Shown here: positions 58,527-64,000 of the stretch, in pieces
How the letters are laid out: each line of letters starts with the position of its first letter
Numbering within the stretch: position 1 is the stretch's first letter
Source of the DNA: an uncultured bacterium
GTDB taxonomy: Bacteria; Planctomycetota; UBA1135; GCA-002686595
Assembly: GCA_943787795.1 (NCBI GenBank)
Contig: CALSNU010000004.1
Location: 384,001-448,000 of the forward strand
Direction of reading: 5' to 3'
DNA: 64,000 nucleotides
Program-made: the position numbers and the translations under genes
The notes under the pieces: generated by a model
Told to the model about the DNA's origin: nothing
The model's input: only the letters and a program-made list of their open reading frames with translations
Database searches by the model: none

Positions 58527-59990
58527 GTGTCGAAGACCCCTCCCTACCCCCTGCCCGATCCCGGCTGGCCCAGCGCCGACGAGGCCGTGATGAGCCGCCT
58601 CTTCGCTCCGATCCGGGTCGGCGCCTTCACCGCTCGCACCAGCACCTGGGTCCCCGCCATGGTGCCCTGGCGGTCCACCGAGGACGGCGACGCGACGCCC
58701 GAGGTCGTCGACTGGTACGGCCGCTTCGCCGACGGGCGCCCCGGCGTCCTCGTCGTTGAGGCCACAGGGATCCGCGACGTCCCGTCGGGGCCCCTGCTCC
58801 GGATCGGCCACGACCGCTTCGTCCCCGGCCTCCGGCGGCTCACCGACGAGGTCCGCGCACGCAGCCACGGCGAGACGCGGGTCCTGATCCAGCTCATCGA
58901 CTTCCTCCGGATCCGCAGGCGCCCGGACCAGGCCGTCTACCTCCAGCGCTTCCTCGGCATCGAGGACCGCCACCGCGAGGCCGCCGGGCTCGACGCCAGC
59001 GCGGAGGACGCCGCGGTCCGCGCGGCCCTCGCTGAACTCCCCCACGAGGAGCTCCTCGCGGCCCTCTCCACCCGCGAGGCCGAGGACCTCGAGTTCGGCG
59101 CGCGAGAGCGCGTCTGGGACACCCATCTGGAGCACATCGCGGAACTCCCGCAGACCCTGCCCGGCCTATTCGCCGACGCCGCCGAGCGGGCCGTGGCCGC
59201 CGGCTTCGACGGGGTCGAGCTGCACTTCGCCCACGCCTACACCATGGCGAGCTTCCTCTCGGCGAGGAACGTGCGCGAGGACGGTTACGGCGGGGACCTC
59301 GAGGGCCGGGTGCGCCTGCCCCTCGAGGTGTTCGCCGCGGTCCGCGAGCGCGTCGGGCCCCACGTCACCGTGGGCTGCCGCATGCTCGGCGACGAGGTCA
59401 TCGAGGGGGGCACCACCCTGGACGAGGCCGCCTGGTTCGCCCGGCGCTTCGCCGAGGCGGGGATGGACTTCATCTCCATCAGCAAGGGCGGCAAGTTCGA
59501 GGACGCCAAGCAGCCCCGGGTCGGCGCCGCCGCCTACCCCTACACCGGCGAGAGCGGCCACGAGTGCATGCCCACCGTGCGCATCGACGACCCCGGCCCG
59601 TTCGGCCGCAACCTGCCCCTCTCGGACGCGGTGCGACGGGCAGTGCGCGAGGTGACTGACGCCGCCCCCGTCGTCGGGTGCGGCGGCCTCGGTACGTTCA
59701 GGGAGGCGGAGGCCGCCCTGGCGGATGGCACCTGCGACATGGTCGCGTCCGCGCGCCAGTCCCTCGCCGACCCCGACTGGTGGCGCAAGATGCAGCTTGG
59801 ACGGGGCGAAGAGGTCCGGCGCTGCATCTACACCAACTACTGCGAGGGCCTCGACCAGAAGCACAAGGAGGTCACCTGCCAGCTCTGGGATCGTCCTGAT
59901 TCCGGGGAGGTCGCCCCGCCCCCCCACTCGGGCTCCCTCCGCAGCTCGGACGGCAAGCGCCAGCTGCTGGCTCCCCGCTGGGACGCCTGA
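58527..59990 (+). CDS. NADH:flavin oxidoreductase (Old Yellow Enzyme family) with C-terminal Cys cluster
   Basis: LFAPIRVG, VEATG, AGFDGVELHFAHAY, REDGYGGDLEGRVR, ARQSLADPDW, CIYTNYC...C. GTG start 7 nt after TGcTACCTT. Confidence 0.9.
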   Translation: MSKTPPYPLPDPGWPSADEAVMSRLFAPIRVGAFTARTSTWVPAMVPWRSTEDGDATPEVVDWYGRFADGRPGVLVVEATGIRDVPSGPLLRIGHDRFVPGLRRLTDEVRARSHGETRVLIQLIDFLRIRRRPDQAVYLQRFLGIEDRHREAAGLDASAEDAAVRAALAELPHEELLAALSTREAEDLEFGARERVWDTHLEHIAELPQTLPGLFADAAERAVAAGFDGVELHFAHAYTMASFLSARNVREDGYGGDLEGRVRLPLEVFAAVRERVGPHVTVGCRMLGDEVIEGGTTLDEAAWFARRFAEAGMDFISISKGGKFEDAKQPRVGAAAYPYTGESGHECMPTVRIDDPGPFGRNLPLSDAVRRAVREVTDAAPVVGCGGLGTFREAEAALADGTCDMVASARQSLADPDWWRKMQLGRGEEVRRCIYTNYCEGLDQKHKEVTCQLWDRPDSGEVAPPPHSGSLRSSDGKRQLLAPRWDA

Positions 59991-60100
59991 GACGCCTTGG
60001 CCTGGATTCCGGCCGGCAGAAAACCCCGGCCCCGGGGCTACATTGTTCTCTGCCCCGGTCTCCCACCGGCCGCACGCTTCGACCCGCTCGCTCCGCTGCA

Positions 60101-61153
60101 ATGACCTCCATCTTCCGCCTCGCCCTCACCGCCGCCGTCCTGCTGGTCGGCTCCACAGCGCCCGCCGCGGCCGCCCAGGACGCCCCGTCTCCGCCGGCCC
60201 CCCCCGCACCCTCCCCGCTGCGGGTCTACACCGTCGGCGCCAGTGTCTCCGCTGGATTCGGACTCTCGGCGGAGCTCGCCACAGAGAAAGACGTGGCCCT
60301 AGCCGTGTTTCTCGAGGCGGTGCTCACCGAGCGCGGCCGTGAACGCGTCACCTTCGTGGACGAGGGAGAGGGGTGGTTCTTCAACGCGCCCTACAAGTCC
60401 GGGGCGAAGCTCGTGGACGCGGCGATCGAGGGGGAGGCAGACCTGGTGGTCGGCGTGGACTTCCTCTTCTGGTACGCCTACGGCAACGGCTCTCGCATCT
60501 CGCCCCGCCGCGCCAAGGGGCTGGAGGCCGGCCTCCGTCAGCTCGAGCGGCTTCAGTGCCCCCTCATCATTGGCGACCTGCCGGACATCTCCCACGCCCT
60601 CAAGGGCAGCGGCCCCTTCGGCGCGCCGATCGTGAACCGTTCCATGTTTCCCTCGTCAGAAGAACGGCTGGCCATGAACGACACCATCCGCGCCTGGGCC
60701 GAGGCACGGCCCGAGGTACGGGTGCTCCCGTTGGCCGACCTCATGCGCCGCTACGTGGAGAGCAAGCCCGTGAAGGTCCGGGACCTGGAGTGGAAGGTCT
60801 CGTCCCTGGGTGAGGCCCTGCAGAAGGACCTCCTCCACCCCAACGCGCGCGGGACGGCCTGGGTCGCCATGATCATCGCCGACGAGATCTCCGCTGTGCG
60901 CGGGTTCGACGGAGGTGACTTCCGCTTCGACGAGGAGGAAGTGATCGGCCAGCTGGGTGAACTCACGAGGCCGAGCCGGGAGCGGCGCGCAGAGAAGGAG
61001 CGCCGGCGCGCGGAGCGCAAGGCCAAGCGCGAGGCCCGAGCCAGAGAGAAGGACGAGGACAAGCAAGAGGAGCGCCGCAGCGAAGAGGACCGAAGCGGAA
61101 AGGACCGAAGCGGAAAGGAAGAGCAGGGCGAGCCGCTCGCGTCGAGCCGCTAA
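60101..61153 (+). CDS. Exported SGNH/GDSL-like hydrolase with a charged C-terminal tail
   Basis: Signal peptide; block I-like VGASVSAG; block V-like DLLHPNARG. Confidence 0.65.
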   Translation: MTSIFRLALTAAVLLVGSTAPAAAAQDAPSPPAPPAPSPLRVYTVGASVSAGFGLSAELATEKDVALAVFLEAVLTERGRERVTFVDEGEGWFFNAPYKSGAKLVDAAIEGEADLVVGVDFLFWYAYGNGSRISPRRAKGLEAGLRQLERLQCPLIIGDLPDISHALKGSGPFGAPIVNRSMFPSSEERLAMNDTIRAWAEARPEVRVLPLADLMRRYVESKPVKVRDLEWKVSSLGEALQKDLLHPNARGTAWVAMIIADEISAVRGFDGGDFRFDEEEVIGQLGELTRPSRERRAEKERRRAERKAKREARAREKDEDKQEERRSEEDRSGKDRSGKEEQGEPLASSR

Positions 61154-61214
61154 GCCGTCATCATCCGTCCTGGCCTCGCCCCTGGTAGGCCACCGCGGCC
61201 CCACCACGAGCTCC

Positions 61215-61940
61215 ATGCCTGCCCCCACCAACGAATCCAGGCGCGCTGGCCGCCTCCGCGGCCTCCTCGCGATCTTCTTGCTCGCAGGCCTGGCAGGGGC
61301 CGCGGCCTTCCTCCCCCTCGGTGAGCTCCTCGACGGAGTCTCACAGCGCGTGGAGACCCTGGGGCCCTTGGGCCCCGTCGCCTTTGGCCTCTTCTACGTG
61401 GTCGCGGCCCTCGCCCTGGTCCCCGGCTCCGCCATCACCCTCGCGGTGGGCGCCCTGTTCGGCGTGGTCATGGGGACCGTGGTCGTCTCCCTCGCGTCCA
61501 CCGCCACCGCCGCCATCGCGTTCCTCCTCGCCCGCACCCTCCTGCGCTCACGAGTCGAGGGTCTCGCGCGCAAGAGCAAGGCGTTTCGCGCGGTGGACGA
61601 AGCCATCGCGGACGGCGGCTGGCGCATCGTCGGGCTCCTGCGGCTCTCCCCCGTGGTGCCCTTCAACGCCCTGAACTACCTGCTCGGACTGACGGCGGTG
61701 CCCTTCGTCCCCGCGGTCCTCGTGAGCTGGATCGCCATGCTGCCAGCCACCGTGCTCTTCGTGTACTTCGGCGCCATCGGGAGAGACGTCGCCGCCGGGG
61801 CCAGCCGCACACCCGCCGAGTGGGCGCTCCTCGGGGTCGGCCTCACGGCGACCCTGGGCGTGACGGTCCTGCTGACCCGCATGGCGCGGGTCCGCCTGGC
61901 CGCTGCCGCCATTGAGGAGCCCTCCGACGACCCGGCGTAG
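61215..61940 (+). CDS. TVP38/TMEM64 (VTT/DedA) membrane protein
   Basis: VPGSAITLAVGALFG, AFLLAR, LLRLSPVVPFNALNYLLGLT, MLPATV. Confidence 0.92.
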   Translation: MPAPTNESRRAGRLRGLLAIFLLAGLAGAAAFLPLGELLDGVSQRVETLGPLGPVAFGLFYVVAALALVPGSAITLAVGALFGVVMGTVVVSLASTATAAIAFLLARTLLRSRVEGLARKSKAFRAVDEAIADGGWRIVGLLRLSPVVPFNALNYLLGLTAVPFVPAVLVSWIAMLPATVLFVYFGAIGRDVAAGASRTPAEWALLGVGLTATLGVTVLLTRMARVRLAAAAIEEPSDDPA

Positions 61941-61966
61941 CTCCACCCCCTGCGCACCCACGATCC

Positions 61967-63502
61967 ATGACCACCGAGCCCACACCCTCGATGGAAGCTC
62001 TCCCCGAGCTTGCCCCCCTGGACGACCACAACCGCGCCCTCGCGGCGCAGGTCCACCCCGAGGACTGGGTGAACCCCAGCCCGGAGGGCCGCTACAACCT
62101 CGTGGTGCTCGGCGGCGGGACCGCGGGCCTGGTGGCTGCCGCGGGCGCCGCGGGGCTCGGCGCCCGGGTCGCCCTGGTGGAACGCCACCTGCTCGGCGGC
62201 GACTGCCTCGTGACCGGGTGCGTGCCGTCCAAGGCGCTGATCCGATCGGCGCGCGCCGCCGCGAGCGCGCGGCGAGCCGGGGCGCTGGGCGTCCAAACCG
62301 GCGAGGTGACGGTGGACTTCCCGGCCGTCATGGAGCGCATGCGCGCGCTCCGCGCCGGGATCGCGCGCCACGACTCCGCCAGTCGCTTCCGGGACCTGGG
62401 CGTCGACGTGCACCTCGGCGAGGGTCGCTTCGTGTCCCCCACCACTCTCGAGGTGGGCGGCCAGACCCTCCAGTTCGCGCGCGCGGTCATCGCCACGGGC
62501 GCCCGCGCCGCCCTGCCCCCCATCCCTGGCCTGGAGGAGGCCGGCGTCCTCACTCACCGGACGCTCTTCTCCCTGGAGACTCTCCCGCCCCGGCTGGCCG
62601 TGATCGGGGGCGGCCCCATCGGCGCCGAGATGGCCCAGGCCTTCGCGCGCTTCGGCTCACAGGTCACCCTGCTCGAGGCCGGCCCGCGCCTGATGGCCGC
62701 AGACGACCCCGCGGCCAGCGCGGCAGTCCTCGACGCCCTGCGCGCCGACGGCGTCGACGTGCGGCTCGGCGCCCGGGTTCTGGCGGTCCACAGCACCGGG
62801 CCTTTGCGCCGTATCGAGGTCCAAGGCGGGGAGGCGGTGGAGGTGGACCAGGTCCTCCTCGCGGCGGGCCGCGCGCCCAACGTGGAGGGGATCGGCCTCG
62901 AGGAGGCGGGCGTGTCCTTCGATCTGCGCGCGGGCGTCGAGGTGGACGACCGCCTGCGCACGTCGAACCCCCGGATCTTCGCGGCCGGCGACGTGGCCTC
63001 GCGCTACCAGTTCACCCACGCCGCCGACTTTCTCTCCCGGACCGTCCTGCGCAACGCGCTCTTCTTCGGCAGGGCTAACGCCAGCGACCTCGTCATCCCG
63101 TGGGCGACCTATACCGACCCCGAGGTGGCGCACGTCGGGACCACAGCCGATGAGGCTGCGCGCGCTGGCCTCCGCCACGGCGTCATCGAGGTCCCTCTGG
63201 AAGACAACGACCGGGCCGTCCTCGATGGCGAGGCCGCCGGCTTCGTCAAGATCGTCCACGACCCCAAGGGCCGCGTCCTCGGCGCGACGGTGGTGGCGAG
63301 CCACGCCGGCGAGATGATCGGGGAGCTCGTGGGGGCGGTGCAGCGCGGCGCGCGCCTCTCGGAGCTGAGCGGGGTGATCCACCCCTACCCCACCGTGGCC
63401 GACGCCATCCGGCGCGCGGGAGACCAGTTCAACCGCACGCGCTTGACCCCCGGCCGCGCGCGCCTCCTGCGCTGGATCCTTGACCGCCAACGGGGCGCTT
63501 AG
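61967..63502 (+). CDS. Pyridine nucleotide-disulfide oxidoreductase (mercuric-reductase-like, not a true MerA)
   Basis: GGGTAG, GGDCLVTGCVPSK, GGGPIG, AAGDV, HPYPT; no C-terminal Cys-Cys pair. Confidence 0.9.
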   Translation: MTTEPTPSMEALPELAPLDDHNRALAAQVHPEDWVNPSPEGRYNLVVLGGGTAGLVAAAGAAGLGARVALVERHLLGGDCLVTGCVPSKALIRSARAAASARRAGALGVQTGEVTVDFPAVMERMRALRAGIARHDSASRFRDLGVDVHLGEGRFVSPTTLEVGGQTLQFARAVIATGARAALPPIPGLEEAGVLTHRTLFSLETLPPRLAVIGGGPIGAEMAQAFARFGSQVTLLEAGPRLMAADDPAASAAVLDALRADGVDVRLGARVLAVHSTGPLRRIEVQGGEAVEVDQVLLAAGRAPNVEGIGLEEAGVSFDLRAGVEVDDRLRTSNPRIFAAGDVASRYQFTHAADFLSRTVLRNALFFGRANASDLVIPWATYTDPEVAHVGTTADEAARAGLRHGVIEVPLEDNDRAVLDGEAAGFVKIVHDPKGRVLGATVVASHAGEMIGELVGAVQRGARLSELSGVIHPYPTVADAIRRAGDQFNRTRLTPGRARLLRWILDRQRGA

Positions 63503-63822
63503 CGCCCTGAACGAGGCGCCCCTGGAGCACACCACCGGCTCGGCGCTCGCCCTCCTGCGGGAGGAAGCGTGTCACCCCCTCGACGGTCGACCGTACCGGT
63601 GGAGCGTCGAACGCGCCGGTAGACCGTCGAGTGTGCCGGCAGCCACGAACCATGGGAGGGGCGGATCAGCCCTCCTTCGCGTCGCCCTCGCCATCGCTCA
63701 TGGCCCGGGCGTACCCGCCGCCGCGGCCAGGCTCGGGCGCGCCAGACCCCCGATCGATCTTCGCGCTGGAGCCCCCTACACCCGGGTCGAGCTCGCTCGT
63801 GCGACAACCCGAGGTCGCCGAG

Positions 63823-64000
63823 CTACGGCCGGCGCGTCAGGAACTCGATGAGGTCGTCACGGTCTGACTGCGGGACGTAGAACGCGTGCGGAGCCGCCGC
63901 TCCACGGGCGGGGTCCAGCAGCGCCTCGAGGTCCGACACCGACCCGTCGTGCAGCAGCGGGCCGCGCAGGTGAACGCCCACCAGTCTGGACACGGCGATC
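63823..64000 (-). CDS. C-terminal fragment of a probable cytochrome c (peroxidase/di-heme-like) protein; gene continues beyond the window
   Basis: Translation ...SRLVGVHLRGPLLHDGSVSDLEALL...DRDDLIEFLTRRP* resembles the xPYLHxGSV...LIEFL ending of such proteins. Confidence 0.55.
   Translation of the reverse strand, partial: IAVSRLVGVHLRGPLLHDGSVSDLEALLDPARGAAAPHAFYVPQSDRDDLIEFLTRRP

Noticed and set aside
61967..63502. Mercury resistance (merA)
   Set aside because: No C-terminal Cys-Cys, no NmerA domain and no merR/T/P genes nearby.
63499..63807. Small ORF or gene remnant after the disulfide oxidoreductase
   Set aside because: No recognisable motif or consistent codon pattern, so it cannot be supported.

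Overview
A 64 kb, very GC-rich bacterial chromosomal segment. The gene content suggests a planctomycete-like organism, but this is inference only. It holds about 40 protein genes and two tRNAs (Ala-CGC, Asp-GTC). I saw no integrase, transposase, prophage or CRISPR. Housekeeping genes: uvrD/pcrA, pyrE, hutU, acnA, rnd, mazG, queC, mrp, metF. Also present are a TetR-MFP-RND efflux unit, an EAL protein and many large exported proteins. Main leads: (1) A fragmented aroyl-CoA pathway at 42.8-60.0 kb resembling the accessory set of 2-aminobenzoyl-CoA clusters. It has no flavin monooxygenase in the window but adds a stand-alone Cys-tailed OYE reductase, a ferredoxin, a creatininase-family enzyme, metF and a translationally coupled pseudokinase. 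(2) A candidate ~165-nt multi-hairpin sRNA or leader at 8.54-8.71 kb with its own extended -10 box and terminator. (3) A sigma54 activator with no HTH, coupled to uvrD. (4) Seven genes with a leaderless-mRNA signature. (5) Several apparent pseudoenzymes (AA5 oxidase-like, Kdo-kinase-like, Hanks kinase, FHA, Mrp without CxxC). (6) Pervasive short tandem repeats whose unit length is a multiple of 3 inside genes but usually not between genes. All calls come from reading motifs by eye; no searches were run.
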